Positions 1 to 9,344 of a stretch of DNA of 43,157 nucleotides are shown piece after piece. The translations under genes were made by a program, and so were the position numbers. How positions within the stretch are numbered: the first letter of the stretch is position 1; every line of letters begins with the position of its first letter. The notes under the pieces are model-generated. The model had not been told where the DNA came from. It saw only the letters and a program-made list of their open reading frames with translations, and did no database searches. Origin of the DNA: an uncultured Aeromicrobium sp. (lineage in GTDB: Bacteria; Actinomycetota; Actinomycetes; Propionibacteriales; Nocardioidaceae); the NCBI RefSeq assembly GCF_946221465.1, contig NZ_CAMJVP010000001.1, positions 1-43,157 on the forward strand, given 5' to 3'.

Positions 1-461
1 AGAAGAGACAGCAGGCGCACGCGAGGACCCAGGGGGGAGGGCAGGCGCACGAGCCGGAGCAGATCGACGATTCGGTCGTCGCCGCTCGGCAGCCCGTGGA
101 CGGCGAGAGCCTCGCGGATCTGCGCCCCGACCCGCATCGAGGGGGTCAGCGCGTGCCCGGCGTTCTGCGAGACCAGCGCGACCATCCCGCCGCGCAGCTT
201 CCGCAGCCGTTCGGCCGGAAGCGAGAAGACGTCCTCACCAAAGACCGTCACGGTGCCGCGGTCCACACTCGAGCCCTCGCGCAGGTGTCCCAGCAGCGTG
301 CGGGCGACCGTGGACTTGCCGCTGCCTGACTCGCCCACGAGCCCGAGCGTCCGGCCCCGTTGCAGCTCGAAGCAGACGTCCTCGGCCACGACGATGCGCT
401 GGTCGCCGGCGCGGTAGGAGACGGTGAGGCCCTCGACGCGGGCGGTGATCGTTTCGGTCAT
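1..461 (-). CDS. Peptide/nickel ABC transporter ATP-binding protein (DppD/OppD-like); 3' end runs off the window
   Basis: ATG at 461 overlaps the stop of the upstream permease. Reads MTETITARVEGLTVSYRAGDQRIVVAEDVCFELQRGRTLGLVGESGSGKST (Walker A). Confidence 0.9.
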   Translation of the reverse strand, partial: MTETITARVEGLTVSYRAGDQRIVVAEDVCFELQRGRTLGLVGESGSGKSTVARTLLGHLREGSSVDRGTVTVFGEDVFSLPAERLRKLRGGMVALVSQNAGHALTPSMRVGAQIREALAVHGLPSGDDRIVDLLRLVRLPSPLGPRVRLLSL

Positions 462-1306
462 CAGAGGACTCCTGGTCGGGCGCGGTCCACGCCGAAGTGT
501 TTGCCGAGGCCGTCGGCGGCAAGGTTGAGACCGACGACTAGCAGGGACAGCGCCACGATCGGGGCGATGGTTCCGGCGGGCGCGACCGTCAAGGCGGTGC
601 GGTTCTCCTGGATCATCAGACCCCAGTCGGGCGTCGGCGGGTTCACGCCGAAGCCGAGGAACGACAGGGTGGAGACCAGCAGGACCACCCAGGAGGCGCG
701 CATCGCGAACTCCACGAGCACAGTGTCGAGGATGTTCGGCAGCACCTCCCGTCCGATGATCGGCAGTGAGCGCTCGCCGCGGGCCTTCGCTGCGGTGACA
801 TAGCCGGACGAGAGCACGGGCCGGGCCGCGCCGCGCACCACGCGCGCGACGGCCGGCACGTAGACCACGGCGATCGCGATCACCAGCACCGGGACACTGT
901 TGCCGAACACCGACACGATGAGCAGCAGCGCCAGCACCGAGGGAACGGCGAGCACCGCGTCGAGCACGCGGGTGATCGCGCCGTCGACCCAGCGGCCGTA
1001 GTACGCAGCGACGGCACCGATGAGTGTTCCGACAACGACGGCGATGGTGGTGGCGAAGGCCGAGACCAGGAGCGCGAAGCGACCGCCTTCGATCGTGCGC
1101 GAGAGGATGTCACGTCCGTACTGGTCGGTCCCGAGCCAATGGCTCCAGCTGGCACCGGCGAGCGCGTGCTCGGCGTCGGTCGCGACGGGGTCATAGGGCG
1201 CGAGCCAGGGGGCTAGGAGTGCGACGAGCACCGTGAAGCCGACGAAGACCAGACCGAGCTTCGTGCCGGCGGTGAGCTGTCCGAGGCCGCGAAGACGGGG
1301 GATCAT
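461..1306 (-). CDS. Peptide/nickel ABC transporter permease (DppC/OppC-like)
   Basis: HWLGTDQYGRD motif, EAA-type loop (YVTAAKARGE), PPTPDWG motif, multiple TM segments. Confidence 0.93.
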   Translation of the reverse strand: MIPRLRGLGQLTAGTKLGLVFVGFTVLVALLAPWLAPYDPVATDAEHALAGASWSHWLGTDQYGRDILSRTIEGGRFALLVSAFATTIAVVVGTLIGAVAAYYGRWVDGAITRVLDAVLAVPSVLALLLIVSVFGNSVPVLVIAIAVVYVPAVARVVRGAARPVLSSGYVTAAKARGERSLPIIGREVLPNILDTVLVEFAMRASWVVLLVSTLSFLGFGVNPPTPDWGLMIQENRTALTVAPAGTIAPIVALSLLVVGLNLAADGLGKHFGVDRARPGVL

Positions 1307-2304
1307 CGGGGGTCCTCCTGGGGGACGGGCGTCGCGCTGCTGCGTCGGCGCCGCGGCTGGTGCAAGGTCCGCTGGCGCGGGTCGGCGGCGAGCGCGAGCA
1401 GATCGGCGAGCAGGTTGACCGTCACGTAGACGACGGCACTGAGGACGGCGATCGCCTGGAGCACAGGGAGGTCACGCGTGGAGACCGAGTCGATCATGAG
1501 CTTGCCGAGCCCGGGGTAGTTGAAGACCGATTCGACGACCACGACGCCGCCGAGCAGCCAGGCGACGTTGATGGACACCACCGGGAGCACGGGCAGGACG
1601 GCGGTGGGGGCCACGTGGCGCCAGAGCACCCGGCGCCGGGGAACGCCTTTGAGTGTCGCCGTCGTCGCGTACTCGGTCGCCAGGCCGTCGATCGTGGACG
1701 AGCGCATCGCGCGGATGATGTACGCGCCCATCGCGACGACGAGGGTGATGCAGGGCAGCACGATCGCCGGCAACAGGTCGCCGAACGTTGCGTCCGGACC
1801 CTGGAGCACGACGGAGGGGAAGACCGGGATCGCGATCGCGAACGCCAGCACCAGCAGGGTCGCCACGACGAACTCGGGGATGCTCATGGCGATGAGCGAG
1901 AGCACCGAGACGCTCGAGTCGGTGGCGGTGCCGCGGCGTGCCCCGGCGAGGATGCCCAGCAGGAGCGAGACCGTGATGCCCACGACGATCGCAGGCACGG
2001 CGATCAGCAGCGAGTGAGAGAAAGCGGTCCAGAGGGTGGAGGACACCGCGGCTCCCGACACCAGCGACGTGCCGAAGTCCCCGGTGACGGCGCCGCCGAG
2101 CCATTCGATGAAGCGGACCCAAACGTTGGTGTCGAGGCCGAGTTGCTCGCGCAGCGTGGCGACGGCCTCGTCGGTGGCGTTCTGGCCGAGCAGCTGCTCC
2201 GCGACGTCGCCGGGAAGGGCTTGGGCCGCGAAGAAGACGAAGAACGCCGCGAGGAACAGGGTGACGACGGAGGTCACAACGCGGGTGGAGATCATCCGCA
2301 GCAT
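1303..2304 (-). CDS. Peptide/nickel ABC transporter permease (DppB/OppB-like)
   Basis: GDFGTSL, VVVESVFNYPGLG and RDLPVLQA motifs; overlaps the next gene. Confidence 0.93.
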   Translation of the reverse strand: MLRMISTRVVTSVVTLFLAAFFVFFAAQALPGDVAEQLLGQNATDEAVATLREQLGLDTNVWVRFIEWLGGAVTGDFGTSLVSGAAVSSTLWTAFSHSLLIAVPAIVVGITVSLLLGILAGARRGTATDSSVSVLSLIAMSIPEFVVATLLVLAFAIAIPVFPSVVLQGPDATFGDLLPAIVLPCITLVVAMGAYIIRAMRSSTIDGLATEYATTATLKGVPRRRVLWRHVAPTAVLPVLPVVSINVAWLLGGVVVVESVFNYPGLGKLMIDSVSTRDLPVLQAIAVLSAVVYVTVNLLADLLALAADPRQRTLHQPRRRRSSATPVPQEDPR

Positions 2305-2307
2305 GGC

Positions 2308-3858
2308 TCAGTCCTCCTTCAGGCCGAGGGCCAGGTAATCGAACTCGAAGCCGTATTCGTCGTAGTTGACGACTTCCTCGGACAGCCCGACGAGGCGGTC
2401 CCCGAACACCGGGGTGAGGTCGGCGCCATCGTCGATCACCAGTTGCTGGGCGTCCTGGTACTTCTGACGACGCGTCGTGTCGTTCGTGTCGGCGCGGGCG
2501 GCGTCGAGTAGCTGATCGAACTGGGGATTCGACCACGCGGACTCGTTGTAGCTCGATCCGGTGCGGAAGATCTGGTTCAGCAGCTGATCGACGGGGCGTC
2601 CGGTGAACCAGTAACTCACCATGAGCGGCTCGCTCATCCAGACCTGCGTGTAGTAGGAGTCGGCGGCGACGTTGGTGATGCGCAGGTCGATGCCCGCTTG
2701 CTTGACCTGATCGGCGAACGCCACCGCGATGGCGGTGAAGTTCGGTTCGTACGCCGAGGTGTAGATGCGGGTGGAGAAGCCCTCGCGGCCGATCTGCTTG
2801 AGGATCGAGCGAGCCTTCTCGGGGTCGTATTCGCGCTGCACGTCCAGGTGTGCGGCGAGCTCGGGCGGCACGGGGTTGTCCCATCCGGCGGTCCCGGTTC
2901 CCTGCAGCGCTGTGGACAAGATCGCCCGCGGGTCGTACGCCAGCTTCATTGCCTGGCGCATGCGCGGGTCGGCGAACTCCTCGCTCGTGGCCAGCATCGG
3001 AATCGTGTACCACTGGGCGTTCGTGACGCGGGCGACGGTGGTGCCGGGGGAGTTGGCGACGACGCGCGCCGTCGGATTGTCGAGGTTGGTCTGAGAGAGC
3101 AGGTCCACCTGCCGCGACAGCAGGGCGTTGACGCGCGCCGAGGTGTCCTGGATCGAGTAGAACTCGATGCGATCGAGGGCGGCGCGGCCGTCGAAGTAGT
3201 CCTCGTTGGCCCGGACGGCTCCGGCGCCGGCTGGGGTGTAGCTCTCGAGGATGAACGGTCCGGTGCCGATGCCCGTTCGGCCGATCGTGTCCGCCGAATC
3301 CTCGGGGATGATGTAGCACTGGTAGGCGGTGAGTAGTGAGGGGAACTCGGCGTTGGGCGTCGAGAGGCGGAAGCGCACGGACGTGTCGTCGACGGCGTCG
3401 ATCCCGGCGATGATCGACAACGTGCCGGCCTGGGGCGAGGCCGTGTCGGGGTCCAGGAGATGTTCGAAGGTGTAGCGCACGTCGCGTGAGGTGAGCCGGC
3501 GGCCGTCATGGAAGTTGACTCCCGTGCGAAGGCGGAAATCCCACACCGTGGCGTCGGCGTTCGACGACCAGTCGGTCGCCAGGTCGGGAATGGTCTCGCC
3601 TTCGCGGTTCAGCCGCACCAGGCGGTTGTAGAGCGCGCCTAGGTACTCGTAGGCGGAGAGAGAACTGGCGGGGTCGAGGGTTTCGGCGGCGCTCGCGGCG
3701 GGGCGCGCGATGCGCATCGTGGCGCCGCGTCGCGCCGGTCCGGTGGCGGCCCGCTCAGGCACGCTGAGCGCGGGAGCGCCGCAGGCGGCCAGGCCGAATG
3801 CGGCGACGCCGCCGAGCGCGCCGCCGAGCAGCGTCCGCCGGTTGATCGAGGGGGTCAC
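2308..3858 (-). CDS. ABC transporter substrate-binding lipoprotein, family 5, Tat-exported
   Basis: Twin-arginine signal (INRRTLLG), lipobox LAAC, PDLATDW...FRLRTGVNFHDG and GTGPF motifs; AGGAGG upstream of GTG. Confidence 0.93.
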   Translation of the reverse strand: MTPSINRRTLLGGALGGVAAFGLAACGAPALSVPERAATGPARRGATMRIARPAASAAETLDPASSLSAYEYLGALYNRLVRLNREGETIPDLATDWSSNADATVWDFRLRTGVNFHDGRRLTSRDVRYTFEHLLDPDTASPQAGTLSIIAGIDAVDDTSVRFRLSTPNAEFPSLLTAYQCYIIPEDSADTIGRTGIGTGPFILESYTPAGAGAVRANEDYFDGRAALDRIEFYSIQDTSARVNALLSRQVDLLSQTNLDNPTARVVANSPGTTVARVTNAQWYTIPMLATSEEFADPRMRQAMKLAYDPRAILSTALQGTGTAGWDNPVPPELAAHLDVQREYDPEKARSILKQIGREGFSTRIYTSAYEPNFTAIAVAFADQVKQAGIDLRITNVAADSYYTQVWMSEPLMVSYWFTGRPVDQLLNQIFRTGSSYNESAWSNPQFDQLLDAARADTNDTTRRQKYQDAQQLVIDDGADLTPVFGDRLVGLSEEVVNYDEYGFEFDYLALGLKED

Positions 3859-3953
3859 GAAGCCTCCTGTGCTTATCGTTCATCTGCACGATAAGCGCAT
3901 GATGGCGTGCAGTGAAAGTCGTGTCACGCAGATTTAACGTGCCCGCGGCGGGC

Positions 3954-4886
3954 TCAGGCGGTCACATCGGTCGTCGGATCGGCCTGGAATGACGCTGAGA
4001 TGTCGCGCAGGAAGCTGATCGCCGCTGTTACCGCGGGGGAGGGTCCTCGGCGCCCCGTTCGGTGGCGTAATGCGAGACGGCGGGCTCCCAGGCCGGGGAC
4101 GTCGGCGACTTCAACTCCCTCGGGCAGGGGGCCTTGGAGGGCAAGCGAAGGCAGGATCGTCATGCCCTCGCCGGCGGCGACGAGTGCCAGGGCGGTGGGG
4201 TACTCGGCGTAGGTGTGCACCGAGGTCGACTGCCTGAGCGAGGTGCGGACGCGGTGCACCGCCTGGGAGGTGGCGGCCGAGGCGACGACACCGAGCCAGG
4301 GTGTGCGGAGGCGCTCGAGTTCGACCAGCTCGGTGGCGGCGAGGGTGCCGGCGGGGGCCACCAGCTTCCAGGGGTCGTCGAGCAGTGGAATCTCGCGGAT
4401 CGCAGGGCCGAGCGCCGGAGCGGTCTCGGCGGCGTCGTACTCGACGATGGCGATCTCCAGATCTGCTGCTCGCAGGGCGCGTAAGAGCTCTGTTCGCGGG
4501 CCTTCGTGGATCTGCAGTTCGACCCCGTACAGCTCTTCGCGCCACCGGGGCAGCGCGGGCGCGAGCACGGAGGAGAAGAACGTCTGGAAGCCGCCGAGGC
4601 GTACGACGCCGGTCGGGTCGTCGCCTCCGGAGGCCAGCCGGAGTTCGGTCTCGTTGATCTCTCGTTCGATGTTCTCGGCGAGTTCGGCGAGTTCGCGTCC
4701 GGCCGGGGTGAGGGTCACGCCGCGCGGTGTTCGCTCGACCAGGGGTTGGCCAACTTCGGCCTCGAGGCGCGTGAGTTGCTGCGACACCGCCGAGGGTGTG
4801 ACATGCAGCGCATCGGCAGCCGCCAAGACGCCACCAGTGCGCGCGATGGCGAGGAAAAACGGAAGGCGGGACGGCTGGATGCGCAT
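3954..4886 (-). CDS. LysR-family transcriptional regulator
   Basis: HTH GGVLAAADALHVTPSAVSQQLTRLE...LVERTPRGVTLTPAG; C-terminal LALVAAGEGMTILP. Start chosen at ATG 4886. Confidence 0.93.
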   Translation of the reverse strand: MRIQPSRLPFFLAIARTGGVLAAADALHVTPSAVSQQLTRLEAEVGQPLVERTPRGVTLTPAGRELAELAENIEREINETELRLASGGDDPTGVVRLGGFQTFFSSVLAPALPRWREELYGVELQIHEGPRTELLRALRAADLEIAIVEYDAAETAPALGPAIREIPLLDDPWKLVAPAGTLAATELVELERLRTPWLGVVASAATSQAVHRVRTSLRQSTSVHTYAEYPTALALVAAGEGMTILPSLALQGPLPEGVEVADVPGLGARRLALRHRTGRRGPSPAVTAAISFLRDISASFQADPTTDVTA

Positions 4887-5008
4887 ATTCACACATCCTA
4901 AACCCAGGATTGCAAAAAGTGCACTTGAGTTGAACCTGTCAACCTCCTCAGAATTGTCGTGCGCGGTTCGTTCGGGATCGCGCATCGCCATGTGTGGGAG
5001 GAGGAACG

Positions 5009-5278
5009 ATGGACGGACTTGTCGCTGGGATCCTGGGTTGGTTGGGCACCGCCGGCACCTTCGCCGCGTACCTCTTGCTATGGCGAGGTCGGGTGGCGTC
5101 GACGTCGATCACCTATGCGGCGATGAACACGATCGGTGGTGTGCTGGCTGGAACCGCCGGAGCTCTCTATGGGGCGTGGCCGGTGGTTGCGTCCAACACC
5201 ATCTGGGCGGCTATCGGCGCGCACACCTTGGTGATGACGCTGCGTGCTCGCTCACGGCGGCAGTCGCCTGTGATCTGA
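5009..5278 (+). CDS. Small (89 aa) three-TM membrane protein, CBU_0592-like
   Basis: GGAGGAGG SD before ATG 5009; hydrophobic, LGWLG...AYLL...YAAMNTIGG...AWPVVASNTIW pattern; divergent from LysR. Confidence 0.7.
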   Translation: MDGLVAGILGWLGTAGTFAAYLLLWRGRVASTSITYAAMNTIGGVLAGTAGALYGAWPVVASNTIWAAIGAHTLVMTLRARSRRQSPVI

Positions 5279-5313
5279 TCGTCTGGCGTTGGCGCTCCGC
5301 GTTGGAACGAGCG

Positions 5314-6087
5314 TCAGGCGAGGGCGGGACGGAGCAGGTCAACGCGGTTGGTTGTGATCGCGTCGACGCCCAGCGCAGCGAGGCGCCTTGCCTGTGTGGG
5401 GGAGTCGACGGTCCAGGCGGTCACCGTCTTGCCGCGATCGTGGATCTGATCGACGACCCGCTGGGTGAGGAAGGTGGCGTCGAGATGGAACTCGTCGTAG
5501 CTCTCCAGGTCCACGGTTCGGGGTCGGCGCACACTCACCAGTCCGATGCGTGCCCCCGGGATTACTTGGCGCACGGCGTCGATGAGCGGCCGTCGGAAGC
5601 TCATGAATGTGATGTTCTCGCGGCTGCCGATAGCGGTGCGGAGCGCCATTGCGAAATCTAGCGGGTCCGCCGGGGTGGTTTTGAGCTCGATCGACAGGTG
5701 ATGTGGCCGATCGCGGAACGCCTTGACGATATCGGCGACGAAGGGCAGCGGTGTACCCGCCCACAATTCGCCCTTCCACGAGCCGGCGTCGAGGCGGGCG
5801 ATCTCGGCTGCGGTGAACGAGGAGATCGGATCGCCCGCCCGCCCGGGGAAGACCCTGGCGACGTCTGTGGTTCGCCGCAACGTCTGATCGTGGTGCGCGA
5901 TGACGTGGCCGTCGGCGGTGAGATGAACGTCGAATTCGATTCCGTCGGCGCCGAGCGCCGCGGCGTCGAGGAACGCGGGGAGCGTGTTCTCCGGAGCGGT
6001 GGCACTCTGCCCTCGGTGGCCGTTGATGCGGGTGGTGCGTAGCCGGGTCGTGGTCAGCTGCGACGGCGTGACGACGGGCTCGGACAT
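5314..6087 (-). CDS. Glycerophosphodiester phosphodiesterase family protein
   Basis: GHRG...APENTLPAF, IEFDVHLTADG...HD, AWTVD, GVDAITTN motifs. Confidence 0.93.
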   Translation of the reverse strand: MSEPVVTPSQLTTTRLRTTRINGHRGQSATAPENTLPAFLDAAALGADGIEFDVHLTADGHVIAHHDQTLRRTTDVARVFPGRAGDPISSFTAAEIARLDAGSWKGELWAGTPLPFVADIVKAFRDRPHHLSIELKTTPADPLDFAMALRTAIGSRENITFMSFRRPLIDAVRQVIPGARIGLVSVRRPRTVDLESYDEFHLDATFLTQRVVDQIHDRGKTVTAWTVDSPTQARRLAALGVDAITTNRVDLLRPALA

Positions 6088-6139
6088 GTGGTCCCCCTCG
6101 TGGGCGAAATCCCTGTCGCAATTCAGGGTGGACGGCACG

Positions 6140-6261
6140 GGTGAAGGTTGAGCCGACGTGACGTGAACAGCCGGCGACGAATGACTGAGGACTCGCCGAG
6201 AACGTGCTTGCAGTTCATCCCAGAAGGTGGATGGCGGTAGAGTTTGCCCAGGTCACTAAGT
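6140..6261 (+). promoter_or_regulatory. Leader of CRISPR array 1
   Basis: Abuts the first repeat; ends TTTGCCCAGGTCACTAAGT, similar to TTTGTGCAGGTCAAGA before array 2; the degenerate repeat is at the other end. Left boundary approximate. Confidence 0.65.
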
Positions 6262-8983
6262 GTGCTCCCCGCGTGAGCGGGGATGATCCTTGAGGAGGTC
6301 GACATCGCGCCGGTGGTGCCGACGTGCTCCCCGCGTGAGCGGGGATGATCCCCGTCGGTTGAGGTTGTGGTCGTTGTACTTGGCGTGCTCCCCGCGTGAG
6401 CGGGGATGATCCGCATGGCCGTCGTGAGCCGGTCGCCGAGTGGGCGTGCTCCCCGCGTGAGCGGGGATGATCCCCGACAGATCAGTGACTCTGAGCGCAT
6501 CCAGCAGTGCTCCCCGCGTGAGCGGGGATGATCCGACCTCGATATCGACCTCGTCGAAGCCACGACCGGTGCTCCCCGCGTGAGCGGGGATGATCCGAGA
6601 CCGAGCCCACTTCGGCAGCAGAACGTGAGGTGCTCCCCGCGTGAGCGGGGATGATCCCACTTTCGACGGCGCGATGGACCGGGTGAAAGCGTGCTCCCCG
6701 CGTGAGCGGGGATGATCCGGTCCGCCCCATCGACCTCGGCGGCGAAGCCAAGGTGCTCCCCGCGTGAGCGGGGATGATCCCGGGCCTTCGACGAGGGACC
6801 ATGGCCACGCATGGGTGCTCCCCGCGTGAGCGGGGATGATCCGGTCGGCGACCTACTCAAGGGCGTTTTCGACTCGTGCTCCCCGCGTGAGCGGGGATGA
6901 TCCGCCGAGAGCTTCGCTGATCTGGGCATAGGTTTTGTGCTCCCCGCGTGAGCGGGGATGATCCGGAGCACGCTGACGCCTGGCGCGACCGCGAGAGGTG
7001 CTCCCCGCGTGAGCGGGGATGATCCCGGCGCACGCTTCCCCTTCTCCCCTACGACGCGGGTGCTCCCCGCGTGAGCGGGGATGATCCGCCCCGGCGTACA
7101 TCCGCGACGCTGTACTCGCGGGTGCTCCCCGCGTGAGCGGGGATGATCCGCCGATCCCACTGCCCACCGACAAGATCGATGTGTGCTCCCCGCGTGAGCG
7201 GGGATGATCCCGACCTCAAAGCCGCCCACCAGGCCGCAGGCTCGTGCTCCCCGCGTGAGCGGGGATGATCCGAACCGAAAGCTGCCTCGCAGTCGGCCAT
7301 CTTGGTGCTCCCCGCGTGAGCGGGGATGATCCCCTCGTCGCGCAGCTACGCGAGACGTTCGCGATGTGCTCCCCGCGTGAGCGGGGATGATCCCGTCCGC
7401 GTGGAGGAGACCGACAAGATCGAGTCGTGCTCCCCGCGTGAGCGGGGATGATCCCCCGACCCGGCGCGTCCATCCGTCGGTGAGCACGTGCTCCCCGCGT
7501 GAGCGGGGATGATCCGCCGCCGCACTCTGGGCCGGATACCACGAGGGAGTGCTCCCCGCGTGAGCGGGGATGATCCTCCACGACCGATCCGAGACCACCA
7601 GCAGCGGCTGTGCTCCCCGCGTGAGCGGGGATGATCCCTCCGTCTCGGTGAGCTTGTAGATGCCGCTCATGTGCTCCCCGCGTGAGCGGGGATGATCCCG
7701 GCCGCTGCCTCCTGCGCCCGTCCGGCTGCCTGTGCTCCCCGCGTGAGCGGGGATGATCCGACCGGGTGATCTTCATCGACGTCGTTGATGAGGTGCTCCC
7801 CGCGTGAGCGGGGATGATCCTGGAGTCGTCACCAGGATCTCGACATGGGTGACGGTGCTCCCCGCGTGAGCGGGGATGATCCGATGCTCTCGACCATCGG
7901 GTCCCGCAGCTACGAGTGCTCCCCGCGTGAGCGGGGATGATCCGAACGGCGGCGGCATCGCCCTGGCCGGCCCCCAGTGCTCCCCGCGTGAGCGGGGATG
8001 ATCCCGTCGCTGTCGTGGCGATGGCCCAGCTCAACCGGTGCTCCCCGCGTGAGCGGGGATGATCCCTTCAGGTCACCTGGATCTCGGGGGCCAGCGGAGT
8101 GCTCCCCGCGTGAGCGGGGATGATCCGACTCTCGAGGCGCTGCGCGCGGCCGACCGCTAGTGCTCCCCGCGTGAGCGGGGATGATCCGCCGAGGTCCGAT
8201 CCGTCCTCCTCCAGATCTTCGTGCTCCCCGCGTGAGCGGGGATGATCCGGACGCGAAGTTCGGCCAGATGGTGCCGGCGTCGTGCTCCCCGCGTGAGCGG
8301 GGATGATCCCATCGTCACCGCCGAGGACCGCTACGTCGATGTGTGCTCCCCGCGTGAGCGGGGATGATCCGCGCTCGCGACCGCGTTGCGGAGCCGGTCG
8401 AAGGTGCTCCCCGCGTGAGCGGGGATGATCCGGGCTGCTCCTGGACGCCGGTCGTGTGGAGGATGTGCTCCCCGCGTGAGCGGGGATGATCCCACGATGG
8501 AGCCGTGTTCTCCGTCCTCATCGACGTGCTCCCCGCGTGAGCGGGGATGATCCGGTGCTCTGAGGCTCGGACAGCTGGCGGACGCATGTGCTCCCCGCGT
8601 GAGCGGGGATGATCCGGTCGCGGCGAAGGCTGGACTGACGCTGGGCGCGTGCTCCCCGCGTGAGCGGGGATGATCCGATACCGCGACGTTGAAGGTCGTT
8701 CGCCAGAGCGTGCTCCCCGCGTGAGCGGGGATGATCCCGTCCACCTGACCATCTGGACCGAGCAGTGCGAGTGCTCCCCGCGTGAGCGGGGATGATCCGG
8801 TTCCGGAAGGCTCCTGAGCCATGTCGCGGGGGTGCTCCCCGCGTGAGCGGGGATGATCCCACCGGGTCACCGCCTGCGGCACCGACGATGTGGTGCTCCC
8901 CGCGTGAGCGGGGATGATCCCCGCTCACCGCCGTGTTCCAGATCCAGCGCCGGCGGTGCTCCTCGCGTGAGTAGGAATCATCC
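6262..8983 (+). CRISPR. Type I-E CRISPR array 1: 45 repeats (last degenerate), 44 spacers of 33-35 nt
   Basis: 28-bp repeat GTGCTCCCCGCGTGAGCGGGGATGATCC, ~61-bp period; terminal copy GTGCTCCTCGCGTGAGTAGGAATCATCC at 8956-8983. Confidence 0.99.
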
Positions 8984-8984
8984 C

Positions 8985-9054
8985 TATCAACGTTCATTGA
9001 TAATAAGTATTGTAAATGTTCTTTAACATACAGGAGTATTGCCGTACGTTTACA
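8985..9054 (+). promoter_or_regulatory. hipBA promoter with three putative 18-bp HipB operators
   Basis: AT-rich; related 18-mers at 8985, 9011 and 9037 (26-bp period); the first is the palindrome TATCA-N8-TGATA. Confidence 0.55.
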
Positions 9055-9056
9055 TC

Positions 9057-9344
9057 ATGGACAGGTACTCAGCGGCTACCCCGGCCGACCTCGGAGCCCT
9101 CATCCGTCGCCTCCGCAAGGAGCGCGGCCTCTCCCAGTTGAGCCTATGCGAAGCCGCGGGAGTCTCACACCCCTTCCTCGTCCGCCTGGAACAAGGACAT
9201 AGCCGCGCCGAACTCGGTAAGGTTTTTGACGTCGTACGAGCGCTCAACGCCGCCGTAACCTTGACCAAAGTCGACGCGAACGACATCCAACCGAAAGGGC
9301 GTAATCAGCTGCTCGACGACCTGTTCGGAGGCCTCGATGAGTGA
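9057..9344 (+). CDS. hipB: HipB-like XRE/HTH antitoxin
   Basis: PADLGALIRRLRKERGLSQLSLCEAAGVSHPFLVRLEQGH HTH; overlaps the hipA start; alternative TTG start at 9039. Confidence 0.88.
   Translation: MDRYSAATPADLGALIRRLRKERGLSQLSLCEAAGVSHPFLVRLEQGHSRAELGKVFDVVRALNAAVTLTKVDANDIQPKGRNQLLDDLFGGLDE

Noticed and set aside
1..30. Apparent divergence of the ABC ATPase at the window start
   Set aside because: AAGAGACAG at 3-11 equals the end of the Tn5/Nextera mosaic end, and GCAGGCGCAC is duplicated at 11-20 and 41-50; probably an adapter or contig-end artefact.
6123..8997. Long minus-strand ORFs with repeating IIPAHAGST / GSSPLTRGA / DHPRSRGEH
   Set aside because: These are translations of CRISPR repeats, not proteins.
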